DNA from: Octopus vulgaris
Lineage: Eukaryota
Length of the DNA: 64,000 bases
Assembly (NCBI GenBank): GCA_951406725.2
Contig: OX597835.1
Span: forward strand, 3,162,001-3,226,000
Direction of reading: 5' to 3'
Part shown: piece after piece, positions 26,380 to 39,528 of the stretch
How positions within the stretch are numbered: position 1 is the first letter of the stretch
Layout of the letters: each line of letters opens with the position of its first letter
Notes under the pieces: model-generated
What the model was told of the DNA's origin: nothing
What the model saw: only the letters and a program-made list of their open reading frames with translations
Database searches by the model: none
Program-made: the position numbers and the translations under genes

Positions 26380-27900
26380 AAACAGAACCCGGGTCCAAGA
26401 AGATTGCCCGTACTTTGAGGCTTAAGGATTTTCGGAACAACACTGCTACACCAACGCTCATTTCCGACAGACAAGATGAAATTATATCACAGTCTTCAAA
26501 AATGAATGCTAGAACATGCTTCCCAGAAATTCTTATCTCGCTAATGGTGGCACCATCTAAACCAAGCAACCTGAGATCGGTGAGCAAGTGGCCCTGCTTC
26601 CAAACCGAACCCACGTCCCGATCACTTACACAGCCTATTTATCTTCGTTTTCGCAGATGGCTGTTGAAACAGTCTTCTTTTTCACTGAAGGAGGAATGGA
26701 GAAGGATTTTTCTAATAAGCATTGGGGAAGGGGTACTAATTAAACATTCCAATGTCCTGGGGGGGGAGGAATTTCTGTTTTAAATCCAGGTACATATTCG
26801 TATCGGCTTGTATTAGCATTCTGTCGAATGGCGTTTTCGGGAGGAATTCAGTAAAACTTTCTCTACTTGTCAGAATGTTTATGCTATTAATTATTTCCTC
26901 AATCAGCTCAATTTTGCTCTTCTGAACAACAGTGAGGTTGATGAAGGGAGCAGGTAAGTATGTGACTGCTAATCATTTTGTTGTTCAGGTGAGGGGATTT
27001 TTCAGAATTTTCCAGTCGTTTGTGTTTGCGAAAATGTTTGTAAAAGTTGGTTTTCTTGTAATGAAGGTGTTTTGGTGCTTGATTTTGCGATGGATTGTCT
27101 ATATCACTGTCATATCTTTAGGTCTTCAGTTTGGACCAGCCTCTATTTATTTGAGTTTGAGTCTTCCTCTTATCTCCGATTTTTGGTGCAATTTCGACGG
27201 ACCTTCATCTCCTAACGAGGCCTTCACTTTTGTGAGACCCGAATCAGAGAGAAGAGGTAGATGTGCGCTAGTTTTAGTGTTCTCACCTAATGTTTGAGGG
27301 AGGAATTTTTCCGATGAAGTTGGTCGTAATGGTGGAGAGTAACGTGTTCCACAACAGAGCAAAAGAATTTAAGGTGGTTAGAATTCTCACACGTGAAACA
27401 TCTGCTCGCATTCCTCGAAACAAAAACTCGGGAATGGGAATTCCAATCTCGTTGAGTTATGGGGTGAACTTCACCTCCCTCCACAATATCCCTATGCTCT
27501 TCCAGAATGGCTAAGATTCTTGCCAGATCTCGATCAACCGACACATTCTCGAATTCGAACCAAATTTTTATCCATATAACGAGGAACCATTATAAAAATC
27601 TCGGATGTTCAAGTAATAGCTGTCATTCTTCTGACATTACTCGCTGATTCATATAGCAGATACTCTCTCATATTGTTTTCCTTTATGCGGCACTGAGGGT
27701 TACACTTCATGGAGGCATTTCCTCTCCTTGCGAGAAACACATAAATACACAATGGATTTTTTTTCGTTCAGGGTTAGTTTTTTTTTTTCTACGTCACTAC
27801 GTCACCTGATCTTACAATATCTTTTTTGTTCTGGAGCGCTTTACCTTTCAGATCTTGCACCAAATGCACTGTCCACTGGCGGCCAACCGTACTCGAAACA
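26380..27900 (-). mobile_element. L1/Tx1-like LINE 5' remnant (ORF1 with CCHC knuckle, start of ORF2 AP endonuclease)
   Basis: CFTCENSNHLKFFC fits CX2CX4HX4C; downstream GSVWKQGHLLTDLR..ISEIR..GVAVLFRK..IFLDPG resembles an APE N-terminus; frames are broken. Clade assignment is by motif recall. Confidence 0.75.
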
Positions 27901-27960
27901 AATTAAGAGTTGCTGTCGTGGTCGTTCATGTTATTATTGTTGCAGTTGTTGTTGTGATTG

Positions 27961-28343
27961 TCTTCTTCTTCTTCTTCTTCTTCTTCTTCTTCTTCTTCGT
28001 CTTCTTCTTCTTCTTCTTCGTCTTCTTCTTCTTCTTCTTCTTCTTCTTCTTCTTCGTCTTCTTCTTCTTCTTCTTCTTCTTCTTCTTCTTCTTCTTCTTG
28101 TCTTCTTCTTCGTCTTCTTCTTCTTCTTCTTCTTCTTCGTCTTCTTCTTCTTCTTCTTCTTCTTCTTCTTCTTCTTCGTCTTCTTCTTCTTCTTCTTCTT
28201 CGTCTTCTTCTTCTTCTTCTTCGTCTTCTTCTTCTTTTTCTTCTTCTTCTTCGTCTTCTTCTTCTTCTTCTTCTTCTTCTTTTTCTTCTTCTTCTTCTTT
28301 TTTTTCTTCTTCTTCTTCTTCCTCCTCCTCCTCCTCCTCCTCC
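27961..28343. repeat. (TTC)n microsatellite, about 380 bp, ending in (TCC)n
   Basis: Read directly; near-pure pyrimidine tract. Confidence 0.97.
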
Positions 28344-28534
28344 AATTAGGACTCACGCCATTATCCACAAAGAATAATCTTTATTTCGAGCCTACTCTAA
28401 GCTACTGAGAATGACAGCAAAATAGTTATCCTAGCTAATTTATAGAATAGTTTATTTCAAACCCACCGAAATGATTGATAAATCTCTTAAAACTTACGGA
28501 CTTCAAGTTTCCGTGACATTGCAATATGGAGGCC

Positions 28535-28597
<63 letters not shown>

Positions 28598-28814
28598 TTC
28601 TATATTTAAGAGATGAGGAATTATGTACATTATTTACATTGTTTACATTATTTACATTCGACAGCTACTAAATAATATTAACTAAAATCTATAGATATAT
28701 TCTATAGCAGTAAATCATTAAACCAACCGCTGCAAACACACGAATGAATTATTAATCGAACTAGCTCTTTATATCGATTGATCGATAGATAAATAGATAT
28801 AAAACACACACACA

Positions 28815-28882
<68 letters not shown>

Positions 28883-28952
28883 TATACATATATATATATA
28901 TATGTATATATAGACATACATACATACATACATACATACATACATACATACA

Positions 28953-28985
<33 letters not shown>

Positions 28986-29719
28986 GTGTATGTGTATATG
29001 CGTGCGTGCGTCCAAGTCGTTCAGTTCAATTTGCTGAACCCTTTTATAAGTAGTGTTTACGTGGACAACTTAAGAGAATACTTGGTCTCTGATGAAATTC
29101 CAATGCAGGATTGAAACCAGACCAGCTGATCCTTTTAATTTTTCTGTTTCCAGATACATAGTACATAAACGGAAAGGTGATTGCATTTTCCTATTACATA
29201 GTGTAGGCTAAGATCTATAAATATGTTCTGCAGCACGCGGTATAGAGGTGAAAACTAAAAATCAAATTTTTACGCACCAATAATTTATTAATCAAATTAG
29301 CTGCCAATAACGAGTGTAATGGATACATGCCAGTCGATCTGATCGATTCGAGCTCTTTGAAACAAAGAGTGTATAACAATAATAATTAGAGGCCAATGTA
29401 ATATTAGTTCGGGAATGGCGTCCTCTTAAAAAGGTTAACCACGAACAGAAAACCTGACATTTAAGTTCAGCTTCTAATATAGAAAGAAAATTAAAAAGGA
29501 ACAGTGAGTCAGTGAGCACTACGTTGAAGTATTCGTGCTTAGTGCATAGCAATATTGTATTTGAAGTTTATAAACTATGGAGAAAAGAAATTACGAAAAG
29601 TTGAGATGAAACATAGAAAACGCACACACACGAATGCACGGAGATACATTGTGAAAAAAACAGAATTGGAAATGAGAGAAAGCATCCAACCACTACGGAA
29701 AACTTTCTGGCGACAAATA

Positions 29720-30515
29720 CAAGATATTCAGGTAAAATAAGGCGGCGAGCTGGCAGAAACGTTAGCACGCCGGGCGAAATGCTTAGCAGTATTTCGTCTG
29801 CCGCTTCGTTCTGAGCTCAAATTCCGCCGAGGTCGACATTGCCTTTCATCCTTTCGGGGTCGATTAAATAAGTACCTATTTCTTTATTACCCATAAGGGG
29901 CTAAACATAGAGGGGATAAACAAGGACAGACATAGGTATTAAGTCGATTACATCGACCCCAGTGTGAAACTGGTACTTAACTTATCGACCCCGAAAGGAT
30001 GAAAGGCAAAGTCGACCTCGGCGGAATTTGAACTCACAACGTAACGACAGACGAAATACTGCTAAGCATTTCATCCGGCGTGCTAACGCTTCTGCCAGCT
30101 CGCCGCCTGATTAAATAAGTACCGGTTACGCACTGGGGTCGATGTAATCGACTTAATCTGTTTGTCTGCCCTTGTTTGTCCACTCTGTGTTTGGCTCCTT
30201 GTGGGTAGTAAAGAAATAGATATTCAGGTAAAATCTGACAATTGGCATAACAGGAAAATAAAATAAAATATGCCATCCCAAAATAAAAGAATCTTTTAAA
30301 ATCAAAATATATCAACTAAGTTATGGCTGGGTGGTAATATTTTAGCCGAAATAGCCGTTCGCAGCTTCGACCACAGCGTCAAGACAGGTCTGGAAATTGT
30401 CGCATGCGTTCCTCACTGTGTCTGGGAAGATCTTCGAACGTGTCCTTAATCTTGGCCACCAGCTCGGTCTTGATGTTGCAGGCACAGCAGTTGGGGAGGG
30501 GGTCTTTCTCAACCA
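29720..30515 (-). mobile_element. Tc1/mariner (maT-like) transposon 3' fragment, with its TIR hit by nested SINEs
   Basis: ELVAKIKDTFEDLP, then DTVRNACDNFQTCLDAVVEAANGYFG*; TIR-like TA|CAAGATATTCAGGTAAAAT at 29718. Confidence 0.7.
29741..30217 (+). mobile_element. SINE family A carrying an antisense family A copy (29877-30108)
   Basis: Outer TSD AGATATTCAGGTAAAAT (29722-29738, 30218-30234); inner TSD GATTAAATAAGTACC (29862-29876, 30109-30123). Confidence 0.93.
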
Positions 30516-30618
30516 CCACCATCACCACCCCATATATATATACATATATATCGTCTGTAAAAAAACATAAATCCGAAAGAAGAGGCACACTCTAAGATGC
30601 AGACCAGTACATATCAAA

Positions 30619-30789
30619 AATGGGGAAGGCCGGTTTATTAGATTACCTTAGGTTTCCTGTCCTTATGGAGCTCCATATCTTTAAGAAGTCTTGGGCCAAC
30701 AGCTTTTTGAGATCTGACGATACGTTATAAAGCTAAGCACTTTATGAACGGGAAACCTAAGGTAATCCCAAAAACTGGCCTTCCCCATT
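30619..30789. repeat. Inverted repeat or MITE-like element with arms of about 42 bp
   Basis: AATGGGGAAGGCCGGTTTATTAGATTACCTTAGGTTTCCTGT pairs with 30748-30789. Confidence 0.8.
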
Positions 30790-31101
30790 ATATATATATA
30801 TAACATCATATGGCCGTAATCGAAACAGCGATTTTGCGATCGTTACTGCAACACCCTAACAGCTGAGCCACGAGACTTTACACAAATGAATATGCAAATC
30901 AAGCAAAACACACTGACCTCGTGCTAAAATCATTAACCATTAATTATATTTCTTCCGATTCTTTATGTTCTGATTTCGATTCCCAACAGAGTCAGTCAAT
31001 TTTGCCTGTCACCCCTCAGGGCTCCGTAAACTAAATTACTCGTCAAGTAATTGACTGGAACGGCGTAAACGGAAGTGTTTTGCCCAAGAATACAACGTAC
31101 C

Positions 31102-31486
31102 TGGAAGCACTCCGTCGGTTACGACGATGAGGGTTCCGGTTGATCCGAATCAACGGAACAGCCTGCTCGTGAAATTAACGTGTAAGTGGCTGAGCACTCC
31201 ACAGACACGTGTACCCTTAACGTAGTTCTCGGGGATATTCAGCGTGACACAGAGAGTGACAAGGCCGGCCCTTTGAAATACAGGTACAACAGAAACAGGA
31301 AGTAAGAGTGAGAGAAAGTTGTGGTGAAAGAGTACAGCAGGGATCATCACCATCCCCTGCCGGAGCCTCGTGGAGCTTTAGGTGTTTTCGCTCAATAAAC
31401 ACTCACAACGCCCGGTCTGGGAATCGAAACCGCGATCCTATGACCGCGAGTCCGCTGCCCTAACCACTGGGCCATTTCGCCTCCAC
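31102..31486 (-). mobile_element. SINE family C, full length
   Basis: Near-identical to the other C copies. Confidence 0.92.
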
Positions 31487-32340
31487 CTAGTACCACCTAG
31501 TTTGGGAACGTACCACCTAGTTTGGGAATCGAAACATCGATTAAGCAATCGTGAGTGCCACACCTTAGCCACACACCTTCACACACATAAAACAGGCAAA
31601 TCAAAGAAAACTCGCTAGCCTTTTGCTTAAATCATTAACCATTAACTGTATTTCTTCCGATTCTTTATGTTCTGTGTTCAATTCCCGTCGGAATCAACTT
31701 CCCCACCCAGTCCAGAAATAAAAAACCGCCATTTTGCGATCGTCAACGCAACGCTCTCACTACTAGGTCACGTGCCTTAACCTCAAATAAAACGAGCAAA
31801 TCAAACAGGTTCGCTGGTCTCGTGCATTCACCATTAACCATTAACTGTATTTCTAGCGACTCTTTATGTTCTGAGTTCAATTCCCGCCGGAGTCAACTTT
31901 TGCCTTTCATCCCTCTAGGCCCCATAAAAATAAATTGCTTGTCAAATACTGCTGTCCTTAGCATCGACCAATGGCCGCCCTTCGGAATTCCTGGCCTCGT
32001 ACCTAAATCATAAATCCTTATTATTGTTGTTGCTCTTTTGCTGTCGCTGTTGTCATAGCTGCTACTGCTGCTGCTGCTGCTACTACTACTGCTGCTGCTG
32101 TTGTTGTTGCTGTCGTTACTCTTGCAATAATGTCAAATTAATTGATGAACAGTTGAATGTTTTATCACCGCAATTCTTCTTACTAACGACAAAATTTTGG
32201 TCTTTTTGGAGGCGTCTTTTTTTTTCTTTTCTTTTCTTTTCTTTTTCATTGTACTTTAAAGAATTTTAAAATGTCAAAAATTAACGTTTGTTATTCATCT
32301 GTTCCATTTTGATTCTTCTTCCAATCATAATTTTAACACG

Positions 32341-32390
<50 letters not shown>

Positions 32391-32410
32391 TATCATTATT
32401 ATTATTATTA

Positions 32411-32447
<37 letters not shown>

Positions 32448-32522
32448 TATTATTATTATTACTATTATTATTGTTGTTGTTGTTGTTGTTATTATTATTA
32501 TTATTATTACTATTATTATTAC

Positions 32523-32609
<87 letters not shown>

Positions 32610-32698
32610 CATTATTACTATTATTATTATTATTACTGTTGTTGTTGTTGTTGTTGTTGTTGGTGGTGGTGGTGTTGGTGACGGCGGCGGTGGTGATG
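32341..32698. repeat. (ATT)n/(GTT)n microsatellite
   Basis: Read directly from the sequence. Confidence 0.95.
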
Positions 32699-33167
32699 GG
32701 TTTTTTTTTTGTTCTTGTTATTGTTATCTCCTCGTTTCAAATGATTAAAAAAAAAACAGGTTTTCTATATTTTCTCGTTTCATTTCTTTCTAAATAATTG
32801 TTGTTGTTTTTTATTCTTTTCTTTTTTAATTTTTTTTTGTTTTGTTTGTAATTCGCTGATTTATGCTCTTGCCTTTAATTATTCTTTGTAAGAATGTGCG
32901 TGTGTGTGTGTGTGCACGCATGTGCGTGTGTGTATGTGTATGCATGCTATTCCTTGATTAGACTGATGTTCCTGTCATCCAACTTGACTGTAAAACATAG
33001 TTCTGGCAATCAATGAATATTATATTCATCTCCTGGTTTTCGTTGTGTTTGGCGCAAATGGGGGAGGATTTTTGTTTTTAGTTTCTTATGGGGTGACGCG
33101 AGATTCTAAACATGGTATACATACAATGGTGATTATGTGGTGAAGTGGGTTTATGTTTTTTTTACAT

Positions 33168-33538
<371 letters not shown>

Positions 33539-33819
33539 CACAGCAACATTGAACTCATTGAACTGGCGATTACTGCCGCAGATGTTGAAAGAGAACAATT
33601 CCTGTCGTTCCACACAACATATTCTTGGTGGACCGCCTTTTCTCTTTTCGTTGCTGTGTGATTTCTGTTGTTTTTTTTCTTCTTCTTGCTTTCTTACATT
33701 TCCTGCCGCATTTTTCAGGGTCAAGATGATACTTATGTCTGCTCACGACTACAGAACTACCTAAAACTATTAGCATAGACATGATACACGCTTAGCTAGC
33801 TGCATTTGCTTGCGAGTGA

Positions 33820-34201
33820 GGAGGTGCAATGGCCCAGTGGTTAGGGCAGCGGACTCGCGGTCGTAGGATCGCGGTTTCGATTCCCAGACCGGGCGTTGTG
33901 AGTGTTTATTGAGCGAAAACACCTAAAGCTCCACGAGGCTCCGGCGGGGAATGGTGATGATCCCTGCTGTACTCTTTCACCACAACTTTCTCTCACTCTT
34001 ACTTCCTGTTTCTGTTGTACCTGTATTTCAAAGGGGCCGGCCTTGTCACTCTCTGTGTCACGCTGAATATCCCCGAGAACTACGTTAAGGGTACACGTGT
34101 CTGTGGAGTGCTCAGCCACTTACACGTTAATTTCACGAGCAGGCTGTTCCGTTGATCGGATCAACCGGACCCCTCGTCGTCGTAACCGACGGAGTGCTTC
34201 C
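33820..34201 (+). mobile_element. SINE family C, full length
   Basis: 17-bp TSD CATT(T/C)GCTTGCGAGTGA at 33803-33819 and 34202-34218. Confidence 0.93.
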
Positions 34202-34700
34202 CATTCGCTTGCGAGTGACGGCTGTATTTCCTCCTTTCCGTTTTATGCTAGTTTTCCTTTTTATTCCATCCGAATATATTTTATTCGATTTTCATTCTTC
34301 TTTCATTTCATTGTCATATTTTTTTTTTTTTTTTTTGTTTTATTTTCAGTTTTGTCTAACATATTTTAAATTCTACTTAAATCATTTTGTTATATTTATT
34401 TTCAGCTGTCAATTTATCTCAATTACATTAATCCCAATGATACTTTGCACAAAATCACACACCTCCATACACCCAGTACGCTTAATTGCTCCCTGGTTTA
34501 CGGATATAATGCATTAACCAATCACCTCAACCAATCAGAAGCTCCCATTAGCTTCAGTAGTCATTCTAATCTACGCTCTGATATACATAACAATCACCTA
34601 CCTGCTATCAGTCTGTAGGAGCGTGATTCACAGCATGAAGCAACCTCACCATTCGTTTACATATTTTGCTCATTTAAACAACTCATACAATTCCTCCCTC

Positions 34701-34875
34701 AGTTATGGTCATGACTCTCACATCTGTCCCCAGTTTCTGAGCATGACTCACACTATTGACTCCAGGTTTATGAGCATGACTCACACACAGGACCTCAGAT
34801 TTATGAGTATGACTCACACAAGTGTTCCCAGGTTTATGGGTATGAGTGGCTCCCTGATTTATGAGTATGACTCAT
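34701..34875 (+). repeat. Degenerate 33-bp minisatellite with a TGACTCA core
   Basis: TGACTCA at 34744, 34777, 34810 and 34868; TGACTCT at 34712. Confidence 0.85.
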
Positions 34876-35425
34876 AATCGACTTAATCCGTTTGTCTGTC
34901 CTTGTTTGTCCTCTCTGTGTTTAGCCCCTTGTGGGTAGTAAAGAAATAGGTATTTTGTCTGCCGTTGCGTTCTGAGTTCAAATTCCGCCGAGGTCAACTT
35001 TTCCTTTCATCCTTTCGGGGTTGATTAAATAAGTACCAGTTACGCACTGGGGTCGATATAATCGACTAACTCCCTTGCCCCAAATTTGAGCTCTAGTGGT
35101 TTCAAGTAGAAAGGATTATTGTAAATACTATTATCAAGACGGCTACCTGACACAATCGTTAGCACGCCGAACAAACTGCTTAGCTGTATTTCTTCCGGTT
35201 CTTTATCCTCTGAGTTCAAATTTCATTGAGGTCGACTTTCACTTTCATCCTTTCGGTGGGTCGATAAAATAAATACCAATCGGGTTCTGGAGTCGGTGTA
35301 AATGACTTACCTCTCCTCTCAAAACTGCTGTGCCTATGCCAGGGACGGCAGGCAGCATTAGACAGAAAATATTATCATTGTCAATAATAAATCTCTGAAC
35401 GAGGTGTAAACAGTAGCTGCACGAC

Positions 35426-36013
35426 AATGTGAAGTATATTTGCCACTTAAATGTGGCTAACCACCAAAGGTGGATGCTACTGTATCTTGTAGCCCCAGGA
35501 AGACATCTCCTCCAACTGGCTATTGACACACTTTCTGTGCCTTATCGGTATTTGCAAAGGGAAGCCATTCTTCCCATCGTCGACCTGACGTGATACGCAC
35601 GGACCCGAGTTTCTGGGTATTTACCCGTCGTCAGCGCACGACAATCGCCGTCCTTCGATGCGAAGAGGTCCCAATGCAAACACAGATATATATTATTGCT
35701 TGTTTACACTTTTTCGAGATCAGTGACTTTTCGTCGCTAGAAAGAGAATATATGTGTTTGCATTGGGACACCTTCGCATCGAAAACCGGTGATTGCCGTG
35801 CGCTGACGACGGTTAAATACACAGAAACCCGGGTCCGTGCGTATCACGTCAGGTCGACGATGGGATGGATGGCTTCCTTTTGCAAATACTGATAGAGCAC
35901 AGAAAGTGTGTCAATAGCCAGCTGGAGAAGATGTTCTCCCGGGGCTACAAGCTACAGTAGCATCCACCCTTAGGAGCTAGTCACATTTAAGTGGCAAATA
36001 TATACTTCACATT
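35426..36013. mobile_element. Foldback/MITE-like element, about 590 bp, with inverted arms of about 265 bp
   Basis: 35426-35690 is the reverse complement of 35748-36013, roughly 85-90% identical by eye; loop about 57 nt. Confidence 0.85.
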
Positions 36014-36453
36014 ATCATTGTCGTTTTTGCCGTTGTGGTTGTTGGTATTCATGTTGCCACACGCACTACTATATTTGCTGCTAATATATACGTTTTCTTT
36101 TTATATTTCTAATGTTTATTTTCGATTTTCTTCTACTTCTACGCTTTTGGTTTTCGCATTATTCCTCCTCTTCATCGTTTTCCTTTTTTATTTTATTTTA
36201 TTTATGTTTTGAAACATTTCTTTGTTTTGTTAGTCTCTGACGAAATCAAAACCGAAAATGACCATCCTTATTCCAAGCCATTGAGCAGAACCGCATCACA
36301 CTCTACACTCCTGGAAGAAATGACCGGTAAAAGAGTACATATCAAGTAGGAGCGGTCTGCAAAGAATCGCAGAAGCACTTCTGATAATGTGTGTGTGTGC
36401 GCGCGTACGTGGGTGTAAGTGTGTCATATATATAAAACAGACTGATAGATAGA

Positions 36454-36496
<43 letters not shown>

Positions 36497-36700
36497 GTAA
36501 ATATGTATACATATATGTATATTTATACATACGTATACATACATGTACATAGATATAACCATACACATAAGTATAAATATGTGTGCGTGTGTACATATGT
36601 ATGTGTGTGTGTGTGTGTGTGTGTGTAGGTATGTGAATAGATAGATAGAGAGACAAACGGACAGACAGACACACAGACAGACACACGGACAGAGAGGCAG

Positions 36701-36734
<34 letters not shown>

Positions 36735-36980
36735 CGTGAGAGAGAGGGGAAAAGAGACAGAGAGATTGATCGATTGATTGAACCATAAGTTCAATAAGAG
36801 ATTCCAGTAAAGTGTTCTGACAGTAGGCTCCATTTACACACCCCTCCCCCACTCAGTCCTATAATATCGATCACGTATCAATCATTGACCAATATATTAT
36901 TGTCCAAGGCTGAAAGTAATGGCAGTAAATATATTGGTAGATGTTTTAACGAATCCATTTCCTAAATATCTGTGGAGGTG

Positions 36981-37127
36981 AGTATGTATGTATATATGTA
37001 TGTATGTATGTATGTATATATGTATATATATATATATATATGTATGTATACATGTGCATATGTATGTATAAATATTTTAAATATATATATTTATATATGC
37101 AAATATATATGTATATATATATATGTA

Positions 37128-37167
<40 letters not shown>

Positions 37168-37991
37168 TATATATACACACACACTCATATATACAAACAT
37201 GCACACAAACACATTTGTATGTGTATAGGTTTGCGTGTACATATGTTTCGTCTCTGCTTAATGCGTACATGACTATATGTGTGTGTGAGTGTGTGCGTGT
37301 ATGTATGTATGTCTGTATGTATGCATATATATACACATATGTACATACATATATCCACGTATACATATATATATATGTATATATATATGCTTATATACAG
37401 GTAAGTATATGCATATATGTTTGTGTGTATATGTTTGTTGTATACACACACACACACGCACATATACATACATACATACATACATACATACATACATACA
37501 TACATACATACACATACATACATACATACATACATACATACATACATACATACATACATACATACATACATACATACATACATACATACATACATACACA
37601 CATACATACATACATACATACATACATACATACATACATACACAAATACATACATACATACATACATACATACATACATACATACATACATACATACACA
37701 CATACATGCATAAATACGTCGATGCATATGCAAAGATAAAAGCTTTAATAAATAATAGGTATCTTAGCAACATCAATAAATATATACCTGGGTAAATCAA
37801 AGACTATCAACGGTGGGCGGCGAAAACAAACTGGTTACTAATAAATGATGGCGGCCGATACAACCGCGCAGAGTGTGGAGCACCAACACAGACATCGCTC
37901 CCAAACAGCTTCTAACGCTGTCGACATATAAATACACGCATACATATCTGTAAGTATATACATATATACATACATACACACACACACACAC

Positions 37992-38049
<58 letters not shown>

Positions 38050-38144
38050 GTATATGTATATTGGCATGTATATATATATATGTATGTATGTATATATATA
38101 TATATGTGTATATATATGTGTATATATATATGTACATATATATG

Positions 38145-38179
<35 letters not shown>

Positions 38180-38340
38180 ATATATATATATGTGTATATA
38201 TATGTATATACATACATATATATATATATATATGTGTATATATATATGTATATATATATGTATTATATATGTGTATATAAATATATATGTATATACATAT
38301 ATATATGTGTTTATCTATACACACACACACATATATATAT
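36981..38340. repeat. (TA)n/(TACA)n/(TG)n microsatellite field with a small unique island at about 37720-37925
   Basis: Read directly from the sequence. Confidence 0.93.
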
Positions 38341-38584
38341 ATTGTTATCTTATATCACATTATGGTGTATTTTTTGTATGTTGTATTGTTATGTGTATAT
38401 CATACCATGCTATATATTATTTACTTGATGTTCTCAGAAGTGAGATAAAAAAAAAACTATTTCCAGTCGTTAGAATATCTGCTGCTGTGAAGCGGAAGCG
38501 GGGGGGGACGGGGCGGATATCGGTCGGGTGCGCACATGCATAGGTGTACACATTTATATATGTGGTTGCTTTCATATGTGTGTG

Positions 38585-38641
<57 letters not shown>

Positions 38642-38642
<1 letters not shown>

Positions 38643-39030
38643 CTCTATATATATATGAAGTTGTCTGTGTGCGCCAGGTTTGGTAGCCTTCAACTAACAC
38701 TATCTCCTTCGAGACCCTGTGGTGCAAGTTGACCAAAATTGAGAGCATGATAGAAGAAGGCTTGCTCTTCCTTCCGTAGAAGATAAAATTCAAATCAGAC
38801 CATGCTAACACCAAAATTTATTTACATCAAAAAGGTGCATTTTTTTCTATGAAAATCCCTATTTTTTTACAATTTTTCACTGCTGTGACGCCATTTTTCG
38901 GTGTATTTCCACCATAAAAATGGTCACTTAAAGAGAATAACAAGCTACATAATGAAAATTTTTTACTTTTCAAAAATTCCAATTCTAAAGGGTCGAAACA
39001 AACCCGAGCAACGCCGGGCGATACTGCTAG
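38642..39030 (+). mobile_element. Complete non-autonomous Helitron, about 390 bp
   Basis: A|TCTCTATATATAT ... CCCGAGCAACGCCGGG hairpin ... CTAG|T. Confidence 0.85.
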
Positions 39031-39135
39031 TATATATATAATTGTACTCTACAAAAATATGGACTACTCCTTCAGTTTAATGTGAAATCGGTTTTGTCAT
39101 AGCTGAACATAAAAGCAAACGCTTATACACACACT

Positions 39136-39220
<85 letters not shown>

Positions 39221-39390
39221 TAATATTTATATTAGGGAAGTTATTTCCGAGTCCACGGGGTGGGGGAGAAGTTCAATTCAGTGGTACTAAAATGAATTAC
39301 TCACTGTATTATATATATATTTATAGATAGGTTTAAGAGACAGAATCACCCTCAGGCAAATCAATCATCATTGAATGACATTATCCACGA

Positions 39391-39457
39391 TAGGTACATA
39401 TAGGACTAAATATTAAAATTATCAAAATTAATACCTACAATTCTTATTTCCCTAAGA

Positions 39458-39528
<71 letters not shown>

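Noticed and set aside
33660-33780. Strong plus-strand acceptor at 33718
   Set aside because: All frames close within about 60 nt, there is no donor, and polypyrimidine tracts are common here.
34701-34875. CRISPR mini-array or 11-aa repeat protein
   Set aside because: The spacers are only about 13 nt and related to each other, and the ORF follows from the 33-bp period; retained only as a minisatellite or enhancer candidate.
36236-36270. CTGACGA..GAAA hammerhead-like words (also near 56053)
   Set aside because: No convincing stem II or stem I pairing.
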